This document shows, piece after piece, positions 14,016-29,600 of a DNA stretch of 64,000 bases; within the stretch, counting starts at the first letter, position 1; every line of letters starts with the position of its first letter. The position numbers and the translations under genes are program-made. The notes beneath the pieces are model-generated. The model worked only from the letters and a program-made list of their open reading frames with translations, was not told the DNA's origin and did not search any database. The stretch is from Auanema rhodensis. Taxonomy: Eukaryota > Animalia > Nematoda. The DNA is taken from the NCBI GenBank assembly GCA_964057225.1, contig OZ059896.1, forward strand, positions 2,046,001-2,110,000, written 5' to 3'.

Positions 14016-17000
14016 TCACCATGAAGAATTAATTTTTTTGTTGAATAACAATGTCCATCGTCTTTGTCTTGAAAAAAGGAATCTAAAAACATCTACTTTT
14101 TGTGAAATTATTTTGAAATTTTTCGGGAAAATTTTTGTCAAAATGTTTTTGGAAGCAATGTTGAGTGTACATGGAAACTCAACATACACTAATGCATCAT
14201 TTTTCAAACGATCATATCTAATTTTTGTGTTGAGTGTTTCCCAATGTAGTATAGTGCATTCGATGTGGATTTTTAAGCTGCGTCGATCTGTGTTATCAGA
14301 TTTGCGCTAGCTTAAAAATGCACCGAGATATCAACTGATATAGGTTCACACTTATATCCTCGATTTTCACCGTGAAGAATTAATTTTTTCGTTGAATAAC
14401 AATGTCCATCGTCTTTGTCTTGAAAAAAGGAATCTAAAAACATGTACTTTTTGTGAATTTATTCTGAAATTTTTCGGGAAAATGTTTGTCAAAATGTTTT
14501 TGGAAGCAATGTTGAGTGTACATGGAAACTCAACATACACTAATGCATCATTTTTCAAACAATCATAACTAATTTTTGTATTGAGCGTTTCTTAATGTAG
14601 TATAGTACATTCGATGCGGATTTTTAAGCTGCGTCGATCTGTGTTATCAGATTTGCGCTAGCTTAAAAATGAACCGAGATATCAACTGATATAGGTTCAC
14701 ACTTATATCCTCGATTTTCACCGTGAAGAATTAATTTTTTTGTTGAATGACAATGTCCATCGTCTTTGTCTTGAAAAAAGGAATCTAAAAACATCTACTT
14801 TTTGTAAATTTATTCTGAAATTTTTCGGGAAAATGTTTGTCAAAATGTTTTTGGAAGCAATGTTGAGTGTACATGGAAACTCAACATACACTAATGCATC
14901 ATTTTTCAAACGATCATAACTAATTTTTGTATTGAGCGTTTCTCCATGTAGTATAGTGCATTCGATGCGGATTTTTAAGCTGCGTCGATCTGTGTTATCA
15001 GATTCGCGCTAGCTTGAAAATGAACCGAGATATCAACTGATATAGGTACACACTTATATCCTCGATTTTCACCGTGAAGAATTAATTTTTTTGTTGAATA
15101 ACAATGTCCATCGTCTTTGTCTTGAAAAAAGGAATCTAAAAACATCTACTTTTTGTGAAATTATTTTGAAATTTTTCGGGAAAATTTTTGTCAAAATGTT
15201 TTTGGAAGCATTGTTGAGTGTACATGGAAACTCAACATACACTAATGCATCATTTTTCAAACGATCATAACTAATTTTTGTATTGAGCGTTTCTCCATGT
15301 AGTATAGTGCATTCGATGCGGATTTTTAAGCTGCGTCGATCTGTGTTATCAGATTTGCGCTAGCTTGAAAATGCACCGAGATATCAACTGATATAGGTTC
15401 ACACTTATATCCTCGATTTTCACCCTGAAGATTTAATTTTTTCGTTGAATAACATTGTCCATCGTCTTTGTCTTGAGAAAAGGAATCTAAAAACATCTAC
15501 TTTTTGTGAAATTATTTTGAAATTTTTCGGGAAAATTTTTGTCAAAATGTTTTTGGAAGCATTGTTGAGTGTACATGAAAACTCAACATACACTAATGCA
15601 TCATTTTTCAAACGATCATAACTAATTTTTGTGATGAGCGTTTCTCCATGTAGTATAGTGCATTCGATGCGGATTTTTAAGCTGCGTCGATCTGTGTTAT
15701 CAGATTTGCGCTAGCTTAAAAATGCACCGAGATATCAACTGATATAAGTTCACACTTATATCCTCGATTTTCACCGTGAAGAATTAATTTTTTTGTTGAA
15801 TAACAATGTCCATCGTCTTTGTCTTGAAAAAAGGAATCTAAAAACATCTACTTTTTGTGAAATTATTTTGAAATTTTTCGTGAAAATTTTTGTCAAAATG
15901 TTTTTGGAAGCATTGTTGAGTGTACATGGAAACTCAACATACACTAATGCATCATTTTTCAAACGATCATAACTAATTTTTGTATTGAGCGTTTCTCCAT
16001 GTAGTATAGTGCATTCGATGCGGATTTTTAAGCTGCGTCGATCTGTGTTATCAGATTTGCGCTAGCTTAAAAATGCACCGAGATATCAACTGATATAAGT
16101 TCACACTTATATCCTCGATTTTCACCGTGAAGAATTAATTTTTTTGTTGAATAACAATGTCCATCGTCTTTGTCTTGAAAAAAGGAATCTAAAAACATCT
16201 ACTTTTTGTGAAATTATTTTGAAATTTTTCGTGAAAATTTTTGTCAAAATGTTTTTGGAAGCATTGTTGAGTGTACATGGAAACTCAACATACACTAATG
16301 CATCATTTTTCAAACGATCATAACTAATTTTTGTATTGAGCGTTTCTCCATGTAGTATAGTGCATTCGATGCGGATTTTTAAGCTGCGTCGATCTGTGTT
16401 ATCAGATTTGCGCTAGCTTGAAAATGCACCGAGATATCAACTGATATAGGTTCACACTTATATCCTCGATTTTCACCGTGAAGAATTAATTTTTTTGTTG
16501 AATAACAATGTCCATCGTGTTTGTCTTGAAAAAAGGAATCTAAAAACATCTACTTTTTGTGAAATTATTTTGAAATTTTTCGGGAAAATTTTTGTCAAAA
16601 TGTTTTTGGAAGCAATTTTGAGTGTACATGAAAACTCAACATACACTAATGCATCATTTTTCAAACGATCATAACTAATTTTTGTGATGAGCGTTTCTCC
16701 ATGTAGTATAGTGCATTCGATGCGGATTTTTAAGCTGCGTCGATCTGTGTTATCAGATTTGCGCTAGCTTAAAAATGCACCGAGATATCAACTGATATAA
16801 GTTCACACTTATATCCTCGATTTTCACCCTGAAGAATTAATTTTTTTGTTGAATAACAATGTCCATCGTCTTTGTCTTGAAAAAAGGAATCTAAAAACAT
16901 CTACTTTTCGTGAAATTATTTTGAAATTTTTCGGGAAAATTTTTGTCAAAATGTTTTTGGAAGCATTGTTGAGTGTACATGAAAACTCAACATACACTAA

Positions 17001-20000
17001 TGCATCATTTTTCAAACGATCATAACTAATTTTTGTGATGAGCGTTTCTCCATGTAGTATAGTGCATTCGATGCGGATTTTTAAGCTGCGTCGATCTGTG
17101 TTATCAGATTTGCGCTAGCTTAAAAATGCACCGAGATATCAACTGATATAAGTTCACACTTATATCCTCGATTTTCACCATGAAGAATTAATTTTTTTGT
17201 TGAATAACAATGTCCATCGTCTTTGTCTTGAAAAAAGGAATCTAAAAACATCTACTTTTTGTGAAATTATTTTGAAATTTTTCGGGAAAATTTTTGTCAA
17301 AATGTTTTTGGAAGCAATGTTGAGTGTACATGGAAACTCAACATACACTAATGCATCATTTTTCAAACGATCATATCTAATTTTTGTGTTGAGTGTTTCC
17401 CAATGTAGTATAGTGCATTCGATGTGGATTTTTAAGCTGCGTCGATCTGTGTTATCAGATTTGCGCTAGCTTAAAAATGCACCGAGATATCAACTGATAT
17501 AGGTTCACACTTATATCCTCGATTTTCACCGTGAAGAATTAATTTTTTCGTTGAATAACAATGTCCATCGTCTTTGTCTTGAAAAAAGGAATCTAAAAAC
17601 ATCTACTTTTTGTGAATTTATTCTGAAATTTTTCGGGAAAATGTTTGTCAAAATGTTTTTGGAAGCAATGTTGAGTGTACATGGAAACTCAACATACACT
17701 AATGCATCATTTTTCAAACAATCATAACTAATTTTTGTATTGAGCGTTTCTTAATGTAGTATAATACATTCGATGCGGATTTTTAAGCTGCGTCGATCTG
17801 TGTTATCAGATTTGCGCTAGCTTAAAAATGAACCGAGATATCAACTGATATAGGTTCACACTTATATCCTCGATTTTCACCGTGAAGAATTAATTTTTTT
17901 GTTGAATGACAATGTCCATCGTCTTTGTCTTGAAAAAAGGAATCTAAAAACATCTACTTTTTGTAAATTTATTCTGAAATTTTTCGGGAAAATGTTTGTC
18001 AAAATGTTTTTGGAAGCAATGTTGAGTGTACATGGAAACTCAACATACACTAATGCATCATTTTTCAAACGATCATAACTAATTTTTGTATTGAGCGTTT
18101 CTCCATGTAGTATAGTGCATTCGATGCGGATTTTTAAGCTGCGTCGATCTGTGTTATCAGATTCGCGCTAGCTTGAAAATGAACCGAGATATCAACTGAT
18201 ATAGGTACACACTTATATCCTCGATTTTCACCGTGAAGAATTAATTTTTTTGTTGAATAACAATGTCCATCGTCTTTGTCTTGAAAAAAGGAATCTAAAA
18301 ACATCTACTTTTTGTGAAATTATTTTGAAATTTTTCGTGAAAATTTTTGTCAAAATGTTTTTGGAAGCATTGTTGAGTGTACATGAAAACTCAACATACA
18401 CTAATGCATCATTTTTCAAACGATCATAACTAATTTTTGTGATGAGCGTTTCTCCATGTAGTATAGTGCATTCGATGCGGATTTTTAAGCTGCGTCGAGC
18501 TGTGTTATCAGATTTGCGCTAGCTTAAAAATGCACCGAGATATCAACTGATATAAGTTCACACTTATATCCTCGATTTTCACCGTGAAGAATTAATTTTT
18601 TTGTTGAATAACAATGTCCATCGTCTTTGTCTTGAAAAAAGGAATCTAAAAACATCTACTTTTTGTGAAATTATTTTGAAATTTTTCGTGAAAATTTTTG
18701 TCAAAATGTTTTTGGAAGCATTGTTGAGTGTACATGGAAACTCAACATACACTAATGCATCATTTTTCAAACGATCATAACTAATTTTTGTATTGAGCGT
18801 TTCTCCATGTAGTATAGTGCATTCGATGCGGATTTTTAAGCTGCGTCGATCTGTGTTATCAGATTTGCGCTAGCTTGAAAATGCACCGAGATATCAACTG
18901 ATATAGGTTCACACTTATATCCTCGATTTTCACCGTGAAGAATTAATTTTTTTGTTGAATAACAATGTCCATCGTGTTTGTCTTGAAAAAAGGAATCTAA
19001 AAACATCTACTTTTTGTGAAATTATTTTGAAATTTTTCGGGAAAATTTTTGTCAAAATGTTTTTGGAAGCATTGTTGAGTGTACATGAAAACTCAACATA
19101 CACTAATGCATCATTTTTCAAACGATCATAACTAATTTTTGTATTGAGCGTTTCTCCATGTAGTATAGTGCATTCGATGCGGATTTTTAAGCTGCGTCGA
19201 TCTGTGTTATCAGATTTGCGCTAGCTTGAAAATGCACCGAGATATCAACTGATATAGGTTCACACTTATATCCTCGATTTTCACCGTGAAGAATTAATTT
19301 TTTTGTTGAATAACAATGTCCATCGTCTTTGTCTTGAAAAAAGGAATCTAAAAACATCTACTTTTTGTGAAATTATTTTGAAATTTTTCGGGAAAATTTT
19401 TGTCAAAATGTTTTTGGAAGCAATGTTGAGTGTACATGGAAACTCAACATACACTAATGCATCATTTTTCAAACGATCATAACTAATTTTTGTATTGAGC
19501 GTTTCCCAATGTAGTATAGTGCATTCGATGCGGATTTTTAAGCTGCGTCGATCTGTGTTATCAGATTTGCGCTAGCTTAAAAATGAACCGAGATATCAAC
19601 TGATATAAGTTCACACTTATATCCTCGATTTTCACCCTGAAGAATTAATTTTTTTGTTGAATAACAATGTCCATCGTCTTTGTCTTGAAAAAAGGAATCT
19701 AAAAACATCTACTTTTTGTGAAATTATTTTGAAATTTTTCGGGAAAATTTTTGTCAAAATGTTTTTGGAAGCATTGTTGAGTGTACATGGAAACTCAACA
19801 TACACTAATGCATCATTTTTCAAACGATCATAACTAATTTTTGTATTGAGCGTTTCTCCATGTAGTATAGTGCATTCGATGCGGATTTTTAAGCTGCGTC
19901 GATCTGTGTTATCAGATTTGCGCTAGCTTAAAAATGAACCGAGATATCAACTGATATAGGTTCACACTTATATCCTCGATTTTCACCCTGAAGATTTAAT

Positions 20001-20684
20001 TTTTTCGTTGAATAACATTGTCCATCGTCTTTGTCTTGAAAAAAGGAATCTAAAAACATCTACTTTTTGTGAAATTATTTTGAAATTTTTCGGGAAAATT
20101 TTTGTCAAAATGTTTTTGGAAGCATTGTTGAGTGTACATGGAAACTCAACATACACTAATGCATCATTTTTCAAACGATCATAACTAATTTTTGTATTGA
20201 GTGTTTCCCAATGTAGTATAGTGCATTCGATGTGGATTTTTAAGCTGCGTCGATCTGTGTTATCAGATTTGCGCTAGCTTAAAAATGCACCGAGATATCA
20301 ACTGATATAAGTTCACACTTATATCCTCGATTTTCACCATGAAGAATTAATTTTTTTGTTGAATAACAATGTCCATCGTCTTTGTCTTGAAAAAAGGAAT
20401 CTAAAAACATCTACTTTTTGTGAAATTATTTTGAAATTTTTCGGGAAAATTTTTGTCAAAATGTTTTTGGAAGCAATGTTGAGTGTACATGGAAACTCAA
20501 CATACACTAATGCATCATTTTTCAAACGATCATATCTAATTTTTGTGTTGAGTGTTTCCCAATGTAGTATAGTGCATTCGATGTGGATTTTTAAGCTGCG
20601 TCGATCTGTGTTATCAGATTTGCGCTAGCTTAAAAATGCACCGAGATATCAACTGATATAAGTTCACACTTATATCCTCGATTT
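14016..20684. repeat. Imperfect 9-monomer (3159-bp) higher-order periodicity within SatA
   Basis: A private variant monomer (caccAtgaag, atcataTcta, tttgtGttgag) recurs at 14016, 17175 and 20334. The agattCgcgc/aggtAcac marker also recurs 3159 bp apart (about 15005 and 18164). Confidence 0.8.
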
Positions 20685-23600
20685 TCACCCTGAAGAATTA
20701 ATTTTTTTGTTGAATAACAATGTCCATCGTCTTTGTCTTGAAAAAAGGAATCTAAAAACATCTACTTTTTGTGAAATTATTTTGAAATTTTTCGGGAAAA
20801 TTTTTGTCAAAATGTTTTTGGAAGCAATGTTGAGTGTACATGGAAACTCAACATACACTAATGCATCATTTTTCAAACGATCATAACTAATTTTTGTATT
20901 GAGCGTTTCCCAATGTAGTATAGTGCATTCGATGCGGATTTTTAAGCTGCGTCGATCTGTGTTATCAGATTTGCGCTAGCTTAAAAATGAACCGAGATAT
21001 CAACTGATATAGGTTCACACTTATATCCTCGATTTTCACCCTGAAGATTTAATTTTTTCGTTGAATAACATTGTCCATCGTCTTTGTCTTGAAAAAAGGA
21101 ATCTAAAAACATCTACTTTTTGTGAAATTATTTTGAAATTTTTCGGGAAAATTTTTGTCAAAATGTTTTTGGAAGCATTGTTGAGTGTACATGGAAACTC
21201 AACATACACTAATGCATCATTTTTCAAACGATCATAACTAATTTTTGTATTGAGCGTTTCTCCATGTAGTATAGTGCATTCGATGCGGATTTTTAAGCTG
21301 CGTCGATCTGTGTTATCAGATTTGCGCTAGCTTAAAAATGCACCGAGATATCAACTGATATAAGTTCACACTTATATCCTCGATTTTCACCGTGAAGAAT
21401 TAATTTTTTTGTTGAATAACAATGTCCATCGTCTTTGTCTTGAAAAAAGGAATCTAAAAACATCTACTTTTTGTGAAATTATTTTGAAATTTTTCGGGAA
21501 AATTTTTGTCAAAATGTTTTTGGAAGCAATGTTGAGTGTACATGGAAACTCAACATACACTAATGCATCATTTTTCAAACGATCATAACTAATTTTTGTA
21601 TTGAGTGTTTCCCAATGTAGTATAGTGCATTCGATGTGGATTTTTAAGCTGCGTCGATCTGTGTTATCAGATTTGCGCTAGCTTAAAAATGCACCGAGAT
21701 ATCAACTGATATAAGTTCACACTTATATCCTCGATTTTCACCCTGAAGAATTAATTTTTTTGTTGAATAACAATGTCCATCGTCTTTGTCTTGAAAAAAG
21801 GAATCTAAAAACATCTACTTTTTGTGAAATTATTTTGAAATTTTTCGGGAAAATTTTTGTCAAAATGTTTTTGGAAGCAATGTTGAGTGTACATGGAAAC
21901 TCAACATACACTAATGCATCATTTTTCAAACGATCATAACTAATTTTTGTATTGAGTGTTTCCCAATGTAGTATAGTGCATTCGATGCGGATTTTTAAGC
22001 TGCGTCGATCTGTGTTATCAGATTTGCGCTAGCTTAAAAATGAACCGAGATATCAACTGATATAGGTTCACACTTATATCCTCGATTTTCACCCTGAAGA
22101 TTTAATTTTTTCGTTGAATAACATTGTCCATCGTCTTTGTCTTGAAAAAAGAAATCTAAAAACATCTACTTTTTGTGAAATTATTTTGAAATTTTTCGGG
22201 AAAATTTTTGTCAAAATGTTTTTGGAAGCATTGTTGAGTGTACATGGAAACTCAACATACACTAATGCATCATTTTTCAAACGATCATAACTAATTTTTG
22301 TATTGAGCGTTTCTCCATGTAGTATAGTGCATTCGATGCGGATTTTTAAGCTGCGTCGATCTGTGTTATCAGATTTGCGCTAGCTTGAAAATGCACCGTG
22401 ATATCAACTGATATAGGTTCACACTTATATCCTCGATTTTCACCGTGAAGAATTAATTTTTTTGTTGAATAACAATGTCCATCGTCTTTGTCTTGAAAAA
22501 AGGAATCTAAAAACATCTACTTTTTGTGAAATTATTTTGAAATTTTTCGGGAAAATTTTTGTCAAAATGTTTTTGGAAGCATTGTTGAGTGTACATGGAA
22601 ACTCAACATACACTAATGCATCATTTTTCAAACGATCATAACTAATTTTTGTATTGAGTGTTTCCCAATGTAGTATAGTGCATTCGATGTGGATTTTTAA
22701 GCTGCGTCGATCTGTGTTATCAGATTTGCGCTAGCTTAAAAATGCACCGAGATATCAACTGATATAAGTTCACACTTATATCCTCGATTTTCACCCTGAA
22801 GAATTAATTTTTTTGTTGAATAACAATGTCCATCGTCTTTGTCTTGAAAAAAAGAATCTAAAAACATCTACTTTTTGTGAAATTATTTTGAAATTTTTCG
22901 GGAAAATTTTTGTCAAAATGTTTTTGGAAGCAATGTTGAGTGTACATGGAAACTCAACATACACTAATGCATCATTTTTCAAACGATCATAACTAATTTT
23001 TGTATTGAGTGTTTCCCAATGTAGTATAGTGCATTCGATGTGGATTTTTAAGCTGCGTCGATCTGTGTTATCAGATTTGCGCTAGCTTAAAAATGCACCG
23101 AGATATCAACTGATATAAGTTCACACTTATATCCTCGATTTTCACCCTGAAGAATTAATTTTTTTGTTGAATAACAATGTCCATCGTCTTTGTCTTGAAA
23201 AAAGGAATCTAAAAACATCTACTTTTTGTGAAATTATTTTGAAATTTTTCGGGAAAATTTTTGTCAAAATGTTTTTGGAAGCAATGTTGAGTGTACATGG
23301 AAACTCAACATACACTAATGCATCATTTTTCAAACGATCATAACTAATTTTTGTATTGAGTGTTTCCCAATGTAGTATAGTGCATTCGATGTGGATTTTT
23401 AAGCTGCGTCGATCTGTGTTATCAGATTTGCGCTAGCTTAAAAATGCACCGAGATATCAACTGATATAAGTTCACACTTATATCCTCGATTTTCACCCTG
23501 AAGAATTAATTTTTTTGTTGAATAACAATGTCCATCGTCTTTGTCTTGAAAAAAGGAATCTAAAAACATCTACTTTTTGTGAAATTATTTTGAAATTTTT

Positions 23601-26600
23601 CGGGAAAATTTTTGTCAAAATGTTTTTGGAAGCAATGTTGAGTGTACATGGAAACTCAACATACACTAATGCATCATTTTTCAAACGATCATAACTAATT
23701 TTTGTATTGAGCGTTTCTCCATGTAGTATAGTGCATTCGATGCGGATTTTTAAGCTGCGTCGATCTGTGTTATCAGATTTGCGCTAGCTTGAAAATGCAC
23801 CGAGATATCAACTGATATAGGTTCATACTTATATCCTCGATTTTCACCGTGAAGAATTAATTTTTTCGTTGAATAACAATGTCCATCGTCTTTGTCTTGA
23901 AAAAAGGAATCTAAAAACATCTACTTTTTGTGAATTTATTCTGAAATTTTTCGGGAAAATGTTTGTCAAAATGTTTTTGGAAGCAATGTTGAGTGTACAT
24001 GGAAACTCAACATACACTAATGCATCATTTTTCAAACAATCATAACTAATTTTTGTATTGAGCGTTTCTTAATGTAGTATAGTACATTCGATGCGGATTT
24101 TTAAGCTGCGTCGATCTGTGTTATCAGATTTGCGCTAGCTTAAAAATGAACCGAGATATCAACTGATATAGGTTCACACTTATATCCTCGATTTTCACCG
24201 TGAAGAATTAATTTTTTTGTTGAATGACAATGTCCATCGTCTTTGTCTTGAAAAAAGGAATCTAAAAACATCTACTTTTTGTGAATTTATTCTGAAATTT
24301 TTCGGGAAAATGTTTGTCAAAATGTTTTTGGAAGCAATGTTGAGTGTACATGGAAACTCAACATACACTAATGCATCATTTTTCAAACAATCATAACTAA
24401 TTTTTGTATTGAGCGTTTCTTAATGTAGTATAGTACATTCGATGCGGATTTTTAAGCTGCGTCGATCTGTGTTATCAGATTTGCGCTAGCTTAAAAATGA
24501 ACCGAGATATCAACTGATATAGGTTCACACTTATATCCTCGATTTTCACCGTGAAGAATTAATTTTTTTGTTGAATGACAATGTCCATCGTCTTTGTCTT
24601 GAAAAAAGGAATCTAAAAACATCTACTTTTTGTAAATTTATTCTGAAATTTTTCGGGAAAATGTTTGTCAAAATGTTTTTGGAAGCAATGTTGAGTGTAC
24701 ATGGAGACTCAACATACACTAATGCATCATTTTTCAAACGATCATAACTAATTTTTGTATTGAGCGTTTCTCCATGAAGTATAGTGCATTCGATGCGGAT
24801 TTTTAAGCTGCGTCGATCTGTGTTATCAGATTTGCGCTAGCTTGAAAATGCACCGAGATATCAACTGATATAGGTTCACACTTATATCCTCGATTTTCAC
24901 CCTGAAGATTTAATTTTTTCGTTGAATAACATTGTCCATCGTCTTTGTCTTGAAAAAAGGAATCTAAAAACATCTACTTTTTGTGAAATTATTTTGAAAT
25001 TTTTCGGGAAAATTTTTGTCAAAATGTTTTTGGAAGCATTGTTGAGTGTACATGAAAACTCAACATACACTAATGCATCATTTTTCAAACGATCATAACT
25101 AATTTTTGTGATGAGCGTTTCTCCATGTAGTATAGTGCATTCGATGCGGATTTTTAAGCTGCGTCGATCTGTGTTATCAGATTTGCGCTAGCTTAAAAAT
25201 GAACCGAGATATCAACTGATATAGGTTCACACTTATATCCTCGATTTTCACCGTGAAGAATTAATTTTTTTGTTGAATGACAATGTCCATCGTCTTTGTC
25301 TTGAGAAAAGGAATCTAAAAACATCTACTTTTTGTAAATTTATTCTGAAATTTTTCGGGAAAATGTTTGTCAAAATGTTTTTGGAAGCAATGTTGAGTGT
25401 ACATGGAAACTCAACATACACTAATGCATCATTTTTCAAACGATCATAACTAATTTTTGTATTGAGCGTTTCTCCATGTAGTATAGTGCATTCGATGCGG
25501 ATTTTTAAGCTGCGTCGATCTGTGTTATCAGATTTGCGCTAGCTTGAAAATGCACCGAGATATCAACTGATATAGGTTCACACTTATATCCTCGATTTTC
25601 ACCCTGAACATTTAATTTTTTCGTTGAATAACATTGTCCATCGTCTTTGTCTTGAAAAAAGGAATCTAAAAACATCTACTTTTTGTGAAATTATTTTGAA
25701 ATTTTTCGGGAAAATTTTTGTCAAAATGTTTTTGGAAGCATTGTTGAGTGTACATGAAAACTCAACATACACTAATGCATCATTTTTCAAACGATCATAA
25801 CTAATTTTTGTGATGAGCGTTTCTCCATGTAGTATAGTGCATTCGATGCGGATTTTTAAGCTGCGTCGATCTGTGTTATCAGATTTGCGCTAGCTTAAAA
25901 ATGCACCGAGATATCAACTGATATAAGTTCACACTTATATCCTCGATTTTCACCGTGAAGAATTAATTTTTTTGTTGAATAACAATGTCCATCGTCTTTG
26001 TCTTGAAAAAAGGAATCTAAAAACATCTACTTTTTGTGAAATTATTTTGAAATTTTTCGTGAAAATTTTTGTCAAAATGTTTTTGGAAGCATTGTTGAGT
26101 GTACATGGAAACTCAACATACACTAATGCATCATTTTTCAAACGATCATAACTAATTTTTGTATTGAGCGTTTCTCCATGTAGTATAGTGCATTCGATGC
26201 GGATTTTTAAGCTGCGTCGATCTGTGTTATCAGATTTGCGCTAGCTTGAAAATGCACCGAGATATCAACTGATATAGGTTCACACTTATATCCTCGATTT
26301 TCACCGTGAAGAATTAATTTTTTTGTTGAATAACAATGTCCATCGTCTTTGTCTTGAAAAAAGGAATCTAAAAACATCTACTTTTTGTGAAATTATTTTG
26401 AAATTTTTCGGGAAAATTTTTGTCAAAATGTTTTTGGAAGCATTGTTGAGTGTACATGAAAACTCAACATACACTAATGCATCATTTTTCAAACGATCAT
26501 AACTAATTTTTGTATTGAGCGTTTCTCCATGTAGTATAGTGCATTCGATGCGGATTTTTAAGCTGCGTCGATCTGTGTTATCAGATTTGCGCTAGCTTGA

Positions 26601-29600
26601 AAATGCACCGAGATATCAACTGATATAGGTTCACACTTATATCCTCGATTTTCACCGTGAAGAATTAATTTTGTTGTTGAATAACAATGTCCATCGTCTT
26701 TGTCTTGAAAAAAGGAATCTAAAAACATCTACTTTTTGTGAAATTATTTCGAAATTTTTCGGGAAAATTTTTGTCAAAATGTTTTTGGAAGCATTGTTGA
26801 GTGTACATGGAAACTCAACATACACTAATGCATCATTTTTCAAACGATCATAACTAATTTTTGTATTGAGCGTTTCTCCATGTAGTATAGTGCATTCGAT
26901 GCGGATTTTTAAGCTGCGTCGATCTGTGTTATCAGATTTGCGCTAGCTTGAAAATGCACCGAGATATCAACTGATATAGGTTCACACTTATATCCTCGAT
27001 TTTCACCCTGAACATTTAATTTTTTCGTTGAATAACATTGTCCATCGTCTTTGTCTTGAAAAAAGGAATCTAAAAACATCTACTTTTTGTGAAATTATTT
27101 TGAAATTTTTCGGGAAAATTTTTGTCAAAATGTTTTTGGAAGCATTGTTGAGTGTACATGAAAACTCAACATACACTAATGCATCATTTTTCAAACGATC
27201 ATAACTAATTTTTGTGATGAGCGTTTCTCCATGTAGTATAGTGCATTCGATGCGGATTTTTAAGCTGCGTCGATCTGTGTTATCAGATTTGCGCTAGCTT
27301 AAAAATGCACCGAGATATCAACTGATATAAGTTCACACTTATATCCTCGATTTTCACCGTGAAGAATTAATTTTTTTGTTGAATAACAATGTCCATCGTC
27401 TTTGTCTTGAAAAAAGGAATCTAAAAACATCTACTTTTTGTGAAATTATTTTGAAATTTTTCGTGAAAATTTTTGTCAAAATGTTTTTGGAAGCATTGTT
27501 GAGTGTACATGGAAACTCAACATACACTAATGCATCATTTTTCAAACGATCATAACTAATTTTTGTATTGAGCGTTTCTCCATGTAGTATAGTGCATTCG
27601 ATGCGGATTTTTAAGCTGCGTCGATCTGTGTTATCAGATTTGCGCTAGCTTGAAAATGCACCGAGATATCAACTGATATAGGTTCACACTTATATCCTCG
27701 ATTTTCACCGTGAAGAATTAATTTTTTTGTTGAATAACAATGTCCATCGTCTTTGTCTTGAAAAAAGGAATCTAAAAACATCTACTTTTTGTGAAATTAT
27801 TTTGAAATTTTTCGGGAAAATTTTTGTCAAAATGTTTTTGGAAGCATTGTTGAGTGTACATGAAAACTCAACATACACTAATGCATCATTTTTCAAACGA
27901 TCATAACTAATTTTTGTATTGAGCGTTTCTCCATGTAGTATAGTGCATTCGATGCGGATTTTTAAGCTGCGTCGATCTGTGTTATCAGATTTGCGCTAGC
28001 TTAAAAATGCACCGAGATATCAACTGATATAAGTTCACACTTATATCCTCGATTTTCACCCTGAAGAATTAATTTTTTTGTTGAATAACAATGTCCATCG
28101 TCTTTGTCTTGAAAAAAGGAATCTAAAAACATCTACTTTTTGTGAAATTATTTTGAAATTTTTCGGGAAAATTTTTGTCAAAATGTTTTTGGAAGCATTG
28201 TTGAGTGTACATGAAAACTCAACATACACTAATGCATCATTTTTCAAACGATCATAACTAATTTTTGTGATGAGCGTTTCTCCATGTAGTATAGTGCATT
28301 CGATGCGGATTTTTAAGCTGCGTCGATCTGTGTTATCAGATTTGCGCTAGCTTGAAAATGCACCGAGATATCAACTGATATAGGTTCACACTTATATCCT
28401 CGATTTTCACCGTGAAGAATTAATTTTGTTGTTGAATAACAATGTCCATCGTCTTTGTCTTGAAAAAAGGAATCTAAAAACATCTACTTTTTGTGAAATT
28501 ATTTCGAAATTTTTCGGGAAAATTTTTGTCAAAATGTTTTTGGAAGCATTGTTGAGTGTACATGGAAACTCAACATACACTAATGCATCATTTTTCAAAC
28601 GATCATAACTAATTTTTGTATTGAGCGTTTCTCCATGTAGTATAGTGCATTCGATGCGGATTTTTAAGCTGCGTCGATCTATGTTATCAGATTTGCGCTA
28701 GCTTGAAAATGCACCGAGATATCAACTGATATAGGTTCACACTTATATCCTCGATTTTCACCCTGAAGATTTAATTTTTTCGTTGAATAACATTGTCCAT
28801 CGTCTTTGTCTTGAAAAAAGGAATCTAAAAACATCTACTTTTTGTGAAATTATTTTGAAATTTTTCGGGAAAATTTTTGTCAAAATGTTTTTGGAAGCAT
28901 TGTTGAGTGTACATGAAAACTCAACATACACTAATGCATCATTTTTCAAACGATCATAACTAATTTTTGTGATGAGCGTTTCTCCATGTAGTATAGTGCA
29001 TTCGATGCGGATTTTTAAGCTGCGTCGATCTGTGTTATCAGATTTGCGCTAGCTTAAAAATGCACCGAGATATCAACTGATATAAGTTCACACTTATATC
29101 CTCGATTTTCACCCTGAAGAATTAATTTTTTTGTTGAATAACAATGTCCATCGTCTTTGTCTTAAAAAAAGGAATCTAAAAACATCTACTTTTTGTGAAA
29201 TTATTTTGAAATTTTTCGGGAAAATTTTTGTCAAAATGTTTTTGGAAGCATTGTTGAGTGTACATGGAAACTCAACATACACTAATGCATCATTTTTCAA
29301 ACGATCATAACTAATTTTTGTGATGAGCGTTTCTCCATGTAGTATAGTGCATTCGATGCGGATTTTTAAGCTGCGTCGATCTGTGTTATCAGATTTGCGC
29401 TAGCTTGAAAATGCACCGAGATATCAACTGATATAGGTTCACACTTATATCCTCGATTTTCACCCTGAAGATTTAATTTTTTCGTTGAATAACATTGTCC
29501 ATCGTCTTTTTCTTGAAAAAAGGAATCTAAAAACATCTACTTTTTGCGAAATTATTTTGAAATTTTTCGAAAAAGTTTTGTCAAAATGTTTTTGGAAGCA

